From Octopus vulgaris (taxonomy: Eukaryota), in contig OX597823.1 of assembly GCA_951406725.2 (NCBI GenBank), forward strand, positions 55,862,001-55,926,000: a DNA stretch of 64,000 nucleotides, written 5' to 3'. Both the position numbers and the translations under genes were made by a program. A model generated the notes under the pieces. The model worked only from the letters and a program-made list of their open reading frames with translations, had not been told where the DNA came from and made no database searches. Positions within the stretch are counted from its first letter, which is position 1. The number at the start of each line of letters is the position of its first letter. Positions 24,844 to 37,371 of this stretch are shown here, piece by piece.

Positions 24844-24950
24844 GTGAAATGTGTTTTCCTCAAGAGCTCAACTCACCCAGTCCAGGAATCGAAACCACAA
24901 TCTTACGATCATGAGTCCAACACCCTAACCACTAAGCCACGCGCCTCCAC
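24844..24950 (-). mobile_element. tRNA-SINE (family E), 5' part
   Basis: Head gtggaggcgcgtggcttagtggttagggtg...gtttcgattcc. Joins to 20706-20838. Confidence 0.7.
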
Positions 24951-25282
24951 AATGTCTATGAGAGTGTGTTTGAGTGTCTTTGTGAATGTTTGCATTTTAA
25001 CATGCGCGTGCGCATGTGTGTGTTTATGTCTTAAGTCAGAAATGCAAGAGGCGAATTGCCTATAAAATCTGGTGACCCTTCAACTAACTGTAATCATAGA
25101 GTACTTTCTGTTCCTCAATCCTTCGCCTTTTCATCTTATTTTCATTATCACATCCATAGGAATACGACAATTTTCCGCTTTTGCGAAACAGATCTTTCCT
25201 TCTTTCCTAGATCAATCATTTTACTACATATTTGTTGTGGATAACAAATCTGCGCTGTTGCTGGATGTATCTTCAATTTGAA

Positions 25283-25630
25283 ATGTCTGGAAAGAAGCTG
25301 TCAAGTAAAACTGAAGGCAGTAGTTCGAAAAGGAACCGTATTTACACTGGATATTAAACATAATGTTTTAAAATAATTGATGCGGGTGAATAATTAAGTT
25401 ATATTGCCAAAGCACTAAATGTTACAACGTCCACAGTGGGAGCAATTCGTGACAACACCAAAGAAAATGATGTCAAGTGCTGAAGAAGCTCCTCCCTTAA
25501 CTGCCCGGATTTTATTTTGCAATAGATTTATTGTAATGCTTAAAATGGAATCGAGGATCACAACCGGTTTAATGTGTCGATAAACATTATATTAATTCAA
25601 GATAAAAAGCCAAAAGTTTATATGACGATA
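25283..25630 (+). mobile_element. Tigger/pogo transposase N-terminal remnant
   Basis: TLDIKHNVLK...DAGE*LSYIAKALNVTTSTVGAIRDN resembles a CENP-B/psq HTH. Frameshifted. Confidence 0.6.
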
Positions 25631-26612
25631 AAGATAAATCAGGTCCTCGGCTTCAAATATTGGTACAAGGCCAGTAATTCCGGTGGAGGGGATAATTCAA
25701 ATGCATCGATAATTCAACTGGTACTTATTTTATCAACCTCCGAATGGGTGAATAACAGTCGACGTCGACAGCATTACCGTTCATCCTTTCGGAATCGATA
25801 AAATTAATACCAGTTGGGCAATGGAGTAGAAGTGTAGAGACGATAGACTACACCACTCTTCAAAATTTAGTTTTATGCTAAAATAAGGCAGGATATAGGT
25901 TTCAAATTTTGGCACAAGACCAGTAATTTCGGTGGAGCTGATCAGTCGATTTCATCGAACCCATTATACTCAACTGGGACGAAAGGTAAAGTTGCCCCCG
26001 GCGGCACTGCTTTCATCGTTTCGGAGTCGATAGAATAAGTACCAGTTAAGCACTTGGGCAGAGGTAATCGACTTTCCTACCCCTCAGAAGTGCGGGCCTT
26101 TAGCCAAAATAAGATTGAATACGAGTTTTCTCAACGCAATGCACGCCGGTAGCGGGGCCGCAGGATTTCCTGCTTATGTGGTTAAGTTTTATATTTACTT
26201 TTCTAAAAATGCAACCTTAGCTACCATAATTTTAAGGCACATGTTAATGAAAACAATTATAAGATATTTTCTAAAGGTATCCAGTGTGTGGTATGGCAGT
26301 CATGTAATACGACCAGCCCATCATTTCGGTCCAATATTGCAACAAGTAAATTTAGTCTTAAGTGTGCAGGCTGCCTACGTCACAGATGCCAGCACTGTCG
26401 CAAAGGCCTAATGAGACAACGTAAAGTTCTGTTTGTTCAGATTAGTTGACTAAGGCCTGTTTTTCATCGAAGTGTAAGGTTATATGGGTGTGCACGGTTA
26501 CCTCAATATCTGTTTTATCGATGCCAACGACGAATTACGCGCGCACACACATACACAAACACACACATGCGCACAAACATTTCCTATATAATACATATAT
26601 ATGAGATATACC

Positions 26613-27006
26613 GGCGAGCTGGCAGAAACGTTAGCACGCCGGGCGAAATGCGTAACTGTATTTCGTCTGCCGTTACGTTGTGAGTTCAAATTCCGCCGAG
26701 GTCGACTTTGCCTTTCATCCTTTCGGAGTCGATAAATTAAGTACTAGTTACGCACTGGGAACGATGTAATCGACTTAATCCGTTTGTCTGTCCTTGTTTG
26801 TACCCTCTGTGTTTAGCCCTTTGTGGGCAGTAAAGAAATAGGTATTTCGTTTGTCTTTACGTTCTGAGCTCAAATTCCGCCGATGTCGACTTTGCTTTTC
26901 ATCCCTTCGGGGTCGATAAATTAAGTACCAGTTGCGTATTGGGGTCGATCTAATCGACTGGCCGCCTCACCCAAAAATTCGGGCTTTGTGCCTAGTGTAG
27001 AAAAGA
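26613..27006 (+). mobile_element. Dimeric family C (Meta-type) SINE
   Basis: Head ggcgagctggcagaaacgttagcacgccggg and two core units. Imperfect TSD atacatat..gagatat. Confidence 0.8.
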
Positions 27007-27040
27007 ATACATATTTGAGATATTATACACAGGATATGTG

Positions 27041-27079
<39 letters not shown>

Positions 27080-27400
27080 CAGAGAGGAAGAGCTATATAT
27101 AAAAATTAGAAATATTGCATTTCTAAATCTCTCAGAGAGATTTATGCAGTAGCAGCACGATAAAGTGATGGTTTGTTGCCAACTTAATATGGCAGTCCCA
27201 GGAAAGGGGGGAAATGCTACTGCTATTTAGCCCCAGGAAAAACTGTTTCCAGTTGGCCATCTGACACAAGCGTACTGTGTCCACGCTTGTGTCACCTGGC
27301 CAGGGGTAAATAGCAGTAGCATCCTTCCCTTTCCTGGAACTGCCAGATTAAGTTGACAATAAACCATCACTTTATATACATACATATATATATATATATA

Positions 27401-27441
<41 letters not shown>

Positions 27442-27484
27442 ATATATTTACTATAAGTATATATATACACGCTTGCATGTATAT

Positions 27485-27522
<38 letters not shown>

Positions 27523-27581
27523 GATATATATACATATATATATATACATATTCTTTCATAAATTTCAGGCCTAAGGCTGTG

Positions 27582-27626
<45 letters not shown>

Positions 27627-27654
27627 TTCCTCCATACATTTCAGCCCTAAGGCT

Positions 27655-27703
<49 letters not shown>

Positions 27704-28301
27704 CGCAAGAGAGTGATCGAGTGAGAGAGAGAGGGGGGAGAGATAGTAGTCTTAAATCTTGATAGCATCCAATACATCCACCAAGATATTATTAAAGATA
27801 TATCGACGAACACATGAAACAATAATTGACTATAAAATCTGTTCAGAATAAATAGCAGTATATCGGACTTAATTTCCAAATCTATATTTAGACCTAAATA
27901 TCCTTGCCTAATGCCGTGTGACCTAAAGATTTTTACTTGACCTTGCTTATCCAAAATAAGTGATATCAATAGACTCTGGAACTCGTTCGGCAACTCTTTT
28001 GTTGAAATAAACAAAACAGTGAGTCCTAGATTGTTTATCTCCATTGTTTATAAAGATGTAAGGGGAGGTAATAACACGAATCGAAAAAACATCCCAGACT
28101 GTTGAGGTCGATGCGGTCGATCGATGTTCAGTTTGATATCTTTCACCTTCTTCATCTTCGACAAATCGACGTTTGGGGAAAATAAATGGGGTGAAATTGA
28201 TGGAGTTCCAGAGGATCGAAGTTCCGAGATAGACTGAAAGAGGAAGAAGTGGAAAAAGTAGGAGAGTGACACTGTAAGCATGTACGAAATGCTTGGGTGG
28301 T

Positions 28302-28685
28302 TGAAGCACTCCGTCGGTTACGACGATGAGGGTTCCGGTTGATCCGAATCAACGGAACAGCCTGCTCGTGAAATTAACGTGTAAGTGGCTGAGCACTCCA
28401 CAGACACGTGTACCCTTAACGTAGTTCTCGGGGATATTCAGCGTGACACAGAGAGTGACAAGACCGGCCCCTTGAAATACAGGTACAACAGAAACAGGAA
28501 GTAAGAGTGAGAGAAAGTTGTGGTGAAAGAGTACAGCAGGGATCACCACCATCCCCTGCCGGAGCCTCGTGGAGCTTTTAGGTGTTTTCGCTCAATAAAC
28601 ACTCACAACGCCCGGTCTGGGAATCGAAACCGCGATCCTATGACCGCGAGTCCGCTGCCCTAACCACTGGGCCATTGCGCCTCCA
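28302..28685 (-). mobile_element. tRNA(Arg)-like SINE (family B), full length
   Basis: TSD cttgggtggt (28292-28301 / 28686-28695). Head has a TCG anticodon-like loop. Confidence 0.88.
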
Positions 28686-28808
28686 CTTGGGTGGTACATG
28701 TTATGGGTTAGTGATGGACTGGTTATACAATCGTCAAGTAAGTTGACAGCAACATAAAACGATGACTATGCTTATGGATATATAACAGAGAGGAAACATA
28801 GTGCTTAT

Positions 28809-29010
28809 CCACCACAAAGTCTAATCCTCCTTATGACAGTGTGGTGGCTTGCGAGCCGCAATTGCTTTCAGAGCTATACCAGCGGAACTCAAAATTCTGA
28901 TAGGATCTCTCATACCGGACAGGTCAATGGCTTGAGACCAGACTAACATGGTCCACTTTTCCCCAGAGGTAATAATAGGCTTGGGTAAAGCCAACACTAT
29001 TACCTAAAAA
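28809..29010 (+). mobile_element. RTE/BovB-like 5'UTR remnant
   Basis: gagctatacc...ggatctctcataccggacaggtcaatgg...ccagactaacatggtccact resembles recalled RTE-clade 5'UTR motif order. Confidence 0.5.
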
Positions 29011-29126
29011 AAAAGCAAAGTTTAAAAAGATCATCGGCTAGAATTTAAAACCAACAAGACCTGGGAGAGGAAGGTTTCGGCATGGGGATCACCGAAGGAA
29101 GGCTTTCCCTCAAGGACTCCCATACT

Positions 29127-29245
29127 GCTTGCGACCATATCGCTTTGAATGCATCGGTTCTCGTCTGATCACCGAAGTTAAACAACGCGGAGCTTAGTTA
29201 ATACTTAGATGGGTGGCCGCTTGAGATACCTAAGTGCTGTAAGTT
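29127..29245 (+). pseudogene. 5S rRNA-derived copy (diverged)
   Basis: 119 nt with 5S hallmarks: ccatatc, ggttctcgtctgatcaccgaagttaa, gttaatacttagatgggtggccgc, gtgctgtaag. Termini complementary, several substitutions, no oligo-T terminator. Confidence 0.85.
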
Positions 29246-29255
29246 ATCACACTAG

Positions 29256-29450
29256 TGGGGGTGCGTGGCTTAGTGATCATAAGATTGTGGTTTCTATTCC
29301 GGGACCGGACGACGCGTTGTGTTCTTGAGCAAAACACTTCATTTCATGTTGACCCAGTCCATTCAACTAGCAAAAATGAGTAATCCCGCGACGGACTGAC
29401 GTCCCATCCCGGTAGAGAATTTATACGACATGGAAACCGGGAGTCGGCGT
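29256..29450 (+). mobile_element. tRNA-SINE (family E) directly downstream of the 5S copy
   Basis: gggtgcgtggcttagtg...gtttctattcc head with an internal deletion, followed by gttgtgttcttgagcaaaacact core. Confidence 0.7.
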
Positions 29451-29461
29451 GACTAGAGGTA

Positions 29462-29835
29462 AATTTGTTTTACTACCAAACTGAAGGAGTGGCCTTGATG
29501 ACAGCGACAGCCCAAAGTCGAGAACAGTGGAGAAAAAATCGTCGACAGCCTGTACTACAAAGGGAGCGAAGAGCTTAAGTAATATAGAACTAATAGTTGT
29601 AGCTGTTATTGTTGAGCCTCCAACCCATTCTGGATTAAACAGACTTATCTTGAAAGACATTTCCAGTCGTAACTTTACCGTCTTTTTTTCAATCTCCCCC
29701 AACAGGACGTCATTGTCCAACGTAGCCTTCATTTCTTTAAAGATGGTAAGATGTCCTTAGATGGATACTGTGTTAGATGTTATTTGTAGCAGGCCTAATG
29801 ATAACCTAGAGGCTAATTCCCTTGTTTGTAGCAGC

Positions 29836-29918
<83 letters not shown>

Positions 29919-30793
29919 GTGTGGGCTCAAGTTGATTCTGATCCAACAGATCTATAATGAAAGCTATTTCAACGATGACGGTTTTTTCGAACACTTTAAC
30001 GAACACTCCAATTTCATTTAAATGCCAGGGTGTGATTTGAAGGACCATTCAACTCCTTTCTTTCTCAAGTTCAGCAACCACAAAAAAGCTCACTTGTTGG
30101 TCTTTTTAGTAGTTGTAATTTTGGGGTTTAGTGATTAAAAATTAACCAGTTTGTCGAACGGTCTTTGAGTTTTAGGAATACATATATTTGAGAATGTTCC
30201 TTCGTGAGTATCAACAATGCTGTCTCGGATATATGAGCAGTACACTCATATGGATCGCACTTGGGTCAATAACAGCTCAAAGCTGAAATCTTTTCTGGCC
30301 TCCAGGGAAAACAACTCACTTAGGGATGTAGGTTTTTGTTTGTTTGCCTTGATTCCATAGGTCAGAGGCTGCCACCACAGAAGGTCATCATAAGTAATTC
30401 TCAAGCCAGTTACTGTTATTGTTGCTGTCATCGTCGTTGTTGTTTAGTGAGATGCAGGAAATGCTCAGTATAGGTCCTTGACTCAAACTCATTCACAGTA
30501 CAAGTGGGGGATGTAAAGTAGAGATCTCTAATAAAGACTGAATGCTTGGCATCAGAAAGGGAAGGTCTGGGCTTGAGTCACTATGGCATATGGAGAATGA
30601 AAGGTGAAGTTGTAAGTATGTAAGCACACACAAATGGGTTGGAGGCTCAACAATAACAGGTAAAACTATTAGCTCTATATTACTTAAGCTCTTCGCTCCC
30701 TTTGGAGTACAGGCTGACGACGATTTTTCTCCACTGTTCTCGACTTTGGGCTGTCATCAAGGCCACTCCTTCAGTTTGGTAGTAAAACAAATT
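29462..30793. repeat. ~165-bp inverted duplication (29462-29629 / 30633-30793) containing an RTE-like ORF end
   Basis: Arms are reverse complements with few differences and encode TAQSREQWRKIVDSLYSKGSEELK*. Confidence 0.8.
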
Positions 30794-31901
30794 CACTTGT
30801 TTAACTCCAAGCCAACTCAGATCGAGTTAAAAGTATTCCAGTCATAAGGAATTCTGTATCTTAGAGGTTTCTAACACTATACTGCCTAATATTATCCTTC
30901 TTGTTTTTAAGGCAGTGAATTGTGATTCCGAAGATTTGGTTGCCTTTTATATCTAGAAAGACAAACAACCATAAGAGGCTCCACCGTTGATTTCCAGTGC
31001 ATGATCATTGGCAATCATGAAAACTATTATGTTGAGAGGGTGGTGATGACTTTGTTGTCGTTTATTACCAGGCTCACCAGTGGCGGATCGTATAAGGTGT
31101 TCTTATATTGCTGTAAATCCTTCAATTTACTCAATACGATCATACCATCCATAATGTTTGAGAGAGCAGTCAGCCAGCAGCCTGTGTCCGCGATGGTCCT
31201 GTTGTAATCGTGAAAACCTTTTTTTAGACATTGTCCATCTACGACCACATTATCTATTATGGCCTCCCTTTCTTTTAAGTGTATGATTTGAAGGAGATTT
31301 TTCGCCTCATGCTTTTGATGTTGCTATTTAACCTCTGATCAACCCTGATCGAGCAAATGTGTAACAAGAAAGAAAGCATTATATCGATGGCATGTTTTGC
31401 TTGCTCTTTTTTATCTTCGGATATAATTAATGTAGTCTACACATTCTTTTAAACGCTAGCAGGTATGATTTAGTGGAGGTTTGGTCGCTATTTCTCAACA
31501 TCGTTGAGCAATTCATATTTGAATAGGTATATTGCTCCATTATTTCACATTATTAGATTATTGGAAAAGTCTTGGCAAAGTCTATTGTTTTATCCCAACG
31601 GAGTATGTGACTCAGGAATCCTTGTTACTTGAGTTCAAACCCTGTCGGGATCGATAAAATAACAACTAATTAAGTACTGAAATCGATGTAGTCAATTATA
31701 TCCTACCCAAGGTGGTGGAGTCACAGAATCATTAGAAAATCAGACAGATATTCTGTAGTAATTATTTTAGATTTTTGCTGTTCTGATTTGAAATCCCGTC
31801 GAGGCCAATTTTACATTGCACTCTTCCGGGGCCGAAGAATAAAGCACTGAATTTCATTGTTCTCTCTTTCTCCTCCTCTCCCCCCTCTCTCTATATATCT
31901 G

Positions 31902-31992
<91 letters not shown>

Positions 31993-33108
31993 CTCTATCT
32001 CTCTATCTCTCTCTTCCTCTCTCTCAGTTCAAATCCCGCAGATGGTAACTTTGCCTCTCCTTCTTCCTGAGTCGACAAAGTAAAGTACCAGCCAAATAGT
32101 GATGTTGTTAAAATTGACTGTTCCTTCCCACCAAATATCAGACTTTGTGCCGATGTTGGAAGCTCTTACGATATTACCACACAATGCTGAATCGGCAGGA
32201 TCAGTAGAACGGCGACCAAAACGATCTCTTGTGGTATTTAACTACCGTCCTTTACGTTTCAACGTTCGAATCTCACTGAAGACGACTTTATCCTATTTAT
32301 CTCTACATTCCACTATATTTTTTGCCTCCAAAATATTAAGGCAGCCTGAGCAAGAATCTAGCAACTCCTCATTTGGCACTTACAAAAACCGTCCAATGAA
32401 ACGAGACAACATGGCGGGTGTGGACAAGCGGATGTGCTCTACGACACAGAACTGTATTCATAAATATCCGTCTTCTCAAATTCGCGCTGGTTTCGTGCCA
32501 ATGTTGAAAATCATTATTGTTATTGCTACAAGAACGGTGAGTGGTAAAATCAATAGAGTGGTCTGAATTCAAATCCAGCAAAGATCGATTTTGCTTTCCT
32601 TCTTTCTGGGGGTCGATACTAATAAATCCAAGTGAAATACTGGGGTTGAATAAATCGACAATAATCAACAACATACACAAAATAAACAAATGAATAAATA
32701 AGTAAATAATGCGTGGAATTATGATAACATCGGAAATCATCCTTCTGATATTTGATCACTCTTCTTCACGTTCAAATCCCGCCTTGATCAAGTTTATCGT
32801 TTTCATCCCTCTCGAGTTCGATAAAAAATAAAGTATTAGTCAAATACGTGAGTTGATATAAGCGAATGGTCCGTCCAACTGAATTTCTGGCCTTATGCCT
32901 ATGTAAGAAATTGTACCATGAAATTGTTACAGAAATTGTTATATTGCTACAAGGATGATCGATCGAAGAATCTACAGAATGTCCGGTTAAGTTTGTTGCC
33001 GCATTTAATTACTGCACTTTACATTTTCAGCCCAGGTACTGCCGAAGACGAATTTGTCTTTTTTTATTTTCCTGAGATAGACAAATTAAAGTACTTGCCA
33101 TTATTGTA

Positions 33109-34060
33109 AGGCGGCAAGCTGGCAGAATTGTTAGCACGCCTGGCAAAGTGTCACAGCGGCATTTCGCCCGTCTTAACATTCTGAGTTCAAATGCCGTCAA
33201 GGTCGACTTTCATCCTTTCAGGGGCGATAAATTAAGTGCCAGTTGAGCACTGGGGTCGATGTAATCGACTGATCCCATCCCCCCGCCCCACATTTGTTGG
33301 CCTTGTGCGAAAATTTGAAATTATTATTAAGTTATTGTACCGCGGTGAGCTGGCAGAATCGTTAGCACACCAGACAATAATGCTTAGCGGCATTTCGTTG
33401 TCTTTACGTACCGAGTTCAAATCCCACCGAGGTTGACTTGCCTTTCATCTTTTCGGGGTCAACAAAATAAGTACTAGTTGAGTACTGAGGTCGACGTATT
33501 CGACTATCCCCTCCCTCAGATTTCGGGTCTTGTGCCTATAGTAGAAAGGATTAAGTTATTGTACTGCAGTGAGCTAGCAGAATCGTTAGCACATTGGGCA
33601 AAATGCTTAGCGGCATTTCGTCGTCTTTACGTTCTGAGTCCAAATTCCTCCGAGGTCGACTTTGCCTTTCATCCTATCAGGGTCGATAAATTAGGTACCA
33701 GTTGCGTACCAGTACACAACTGGTACTTAATCGACTGGCCCCCTTCCCCAAAATTTCGGTCCTTGTGCCTAGAGTAGAAAAGAAATTCCGCTGAGATTGA
33801 TATGCCTTTCATCTTTTCGCTGTACCAGCTGTGCACTGGGGTCGATGTAATCGACTCATCTCCTCTCCCTAAATTGCTGGCCTTGTACCAGTATTTGAAA
33901 CCATTATTGTTAAATTATTGTAGGGTAGTGTGCTGGTAGACTCGTTAGCATTTACACTCTGAGTTCAAATCCCGCCGAGGTCATCTTTGTCGTTTATCGT
34001 TTCAGAGTCGACAAAATGAGTACCAGTTGAATATTGGTATCGATATTATCGACTAACTCG
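33109..34060 (+). mobile_element. Head-to-tail cluster of ~4-5 family C SINEs (older decayed units extend upstream to ~31600)
   Basis: Repeated heads (ggtgagctggcagaatcgttagcac) at ~33110, 33343, 33568 and 33925, each with a Meta-type core. Confidence 0.75.
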
Positions 34061-34349
34061 CCCTTGCCTCCTTCATGGGAGAAGACGGTGGTCTAAACGC
34101 TGAAGGTAGCAAGGACTCATATTTCTGCTAGCGATATAAACGAGGGTGCATTTTGCACTACAACCCCAATGCGAGAGTTTCTCTCGTAGTTACAGCCGAA
34201 GTAAAGTTTGCTCAAATAGACCATCCACGTTTAAGCGGGATAAATATTACCTCTCCGTATTAATACTGCGTCTGTCATGCATACATACATACATACATAC
34301 ATACATACATACATACATACATACATACATACATACATACATACATACG

Positions 34350-34402
<53 letters not shown>

Positions 34403-34440
34403 ATATCATTCATGAATTCTTACGGTAAAAACACATATAT

Positions 34441-34542
34441 TGATAGAGAATTAAATCGGAATCTGCCGAAGTCGAGCCAGTCCTTACTGATGAGGCAAAG
34501 GCAACTGCCGAAACTGACGTCAGTATAACGAATTCTCGATCA
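34441..34542 (+). ncRNA. Type I hammerhead ribozyme (canonical core)
   Basis: tta|CTGATGA (34487-34493)|GGCA aaggcaac TGCC|GAAAC TGACGTCA GTA (34523-34525)|taa. Distal stem I gagaatt/aattctc. Confidence 0.88.
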
Positions 34543-35250
34543 GTTTTTTTTTTTTGACGATTATAGTCTCTATCAGTATAACTGTATACAGTTATGTGCA
34601 TTGACTACGGCGTTAGAGCCTTTTAGCTCTTATTTCTAGCAATGTTGGTGTTTCTAACACCCTAGTCGTATTTAAAGACAATTATTGGTTCTCCATTTTG
34701 GTAAAAATTGCATACTGCTGTGTATATGTGTGTGTGTGCATAAGTTGCTGGTGTTAATATAATAAACGTGCTGGTGTTTAATTCTCATTCAACACTACAC
34801 GTACAGAAGCATAATCAGTTCTAATTTGACTTTCGCTTTTCAGTTGAATTTATTTGATCCCAGTACTTATTTTTTTCAAGCCTAGTACTTATTCTAACTT
34901 GCTCTTTTTTACCGAACCGCTAAGTTGCGGTGACGTAAACATACAAACACTGGTTGCCAATTGGTAGCGAGGGTCAAACACAGAGACAAAGACACGCACG
35001 TGCACACACACACTCACACATCGATATATATGTATATAGACTATCGGAAGAAAATGAGTACTCAATACCGTAGAGATTAGGGTTATTCGATTTTAGTCAA
35101 GTCAGTCTCTAGCTAATCTAAGTGAAACCTGCGGGTACACAGGATCTTCAGGCAATTTACGATTGAAATCTGAAAGGATTAGCACATCTGACTATCTATC
35201 TTTCTATCTATCTAGCTCTATCTCTCCCTACCTCTCGCTCTCACTGTCTC

Positions 35251-35307
<57 letters not shown>

Positions 35308-35356
35308 ACATATACACATATACATATATATATGTATGTGTGTGTGTGTATGGATG

Positions 35357-35409
<53 letters not shown>

Positions 35410-35774
35410 GTAGGTAGATAGATAGATAGTTAGATAGATAGATGCATACATACATACATACGTACATACATACATCTATAGGAAGAAAAAGAAAAAGAAC
35501 TAGAAGAAAAAGGAATAGTAGAAAAGAAAAAAGAGAAAGGAGAGAAAATATAGAAGAAAAAAGAAATATGTACATACATACACACAAATATATATGTGTG
35601 TGTGTGTGTGTGCGTGTGTGTGTGTGTGTGTATGATGTATATATGTATATGTGTGTGACTGTGTTTACGTACACAAATATGGGAGCTGAGCTGTATGAAT
35701 ATATGTATGCTGATAGTATAATATAGTTCGTTATATATATACGTGCACATATGATATACGTACATACACATATG

Positions 35775-35854
<80 letters not shown>

Positions 35855-36149
35855 GTATGTATATACATCTTTCTATGTATATATATCTTTATAAATATAT
35901 ATATATTTGCATATATATCTTTGTGTGTGTGTATATATATATATATACATGCACTGATAGGCATACACCATACATACATACATTCATAGGTTACTTAACA
36001 GTCTACAGTCGACCATTCACTATGTTTCTACAAACAAACCGAATCGAAGACGAACTGAAAAGCATCCAGTAATTGCTGTCATCTTATCATTCAACTGCTT
36101 TCTAATTCTTGTCAATATTTGAACGACTTTCTGAGACTGGGAATAAATA

Positions 36150-36180
<31 letters not shown>

Positions 36181-36218
36181 TGTATGTATGTATGTATGTA
36201 TGTATGTATGTATATATG

Positions 36219-36280
<62 letters not shown>

Positions 36281-36308
36281 TAGATAGATAGATAGATAGA
36301 TGATAGAT

Positions 36309-36443
<135 letters not shown>

Positions 36444-36444
36444 G

Positions 36445-36524
<80 letters not shown>

Positions 36525-36834
36525 TAGATATATAAGGACAAGAAAGATCACAAATAACTAGCATATTATAATGCGAAGATTAACTTTCTTCTTCTTTTCT
36601 ACTACTACTACTACTACTTTATATATGCATATGTATATACATATATAAAGGAGTAGTAGTAGTAGTAGTAGCAGAAGAAGAAGAAGAAGAAGAAGAAGAA
36701 GAAGAAGAAGAAGAAGAAGAAGAAGAAGAAGAAATTTAATGTTGGTATTACAATATGCTTATGATGGTCGTTTTCGTCGTTGCTTTGTAATTTAATATGT
36801 TTATTTATTCTGTTGTGCGTGTATGTGTGATGTA

Positions 36835-36975
<141 letters not shown>

Positions 36976-37371
36976 GTGTGTGTGCCTGTGTGTGTGTGTT
37001 TGTGTGTGTGTGCCTCTGTATGAGTGTGTGTGTGTGCCTCTGTGTGAGTGTGTGTGTGTGTTTGTGTATTTATGACAGTGCGTTTGTGAGTTTGAGTTAT
37101 CTTTAACAAAAGCGGTGCTAGTCAGTACCCTCTGTCACTTTTATAACCTCTATTAATTTTGACTTTATTTATGTCTGATTGCTAATAAGCCACTCTTTGT
37201 AAAATTACTTTATTCCACAAGGGAAAATAGATGTGGCAGAATGAATGCTGTGTGTGAATAGTTATTTGTATATGTACACTGTTAAAGTTCGTTAAGTTTT
37301 GATTTATACTTTTTTATGAAAGTATTTTCATTGTTTATCCGTGCTTCATCTGCGGTATTCACTGAACATAG

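Noticed and set aside
27574-27660. TATCACAGCC on the minus strand, matching the miR-2 family 5' end
   Set aside because: The remainder does not match miR-2/13 and there is no precursor hairpin; the TAT comes from the adjacent (TA)n.
27700-28290. Minus-strand ORF with HGIRQG and FVD as a Penelope RT
   Set aside because: Resemblance is too weak to call without a profile search.
29127-29245. Functional 5S rRNA gene
   Set aside because: Multiple substitutions in conserved positions, single copy and no Pol III terminator.
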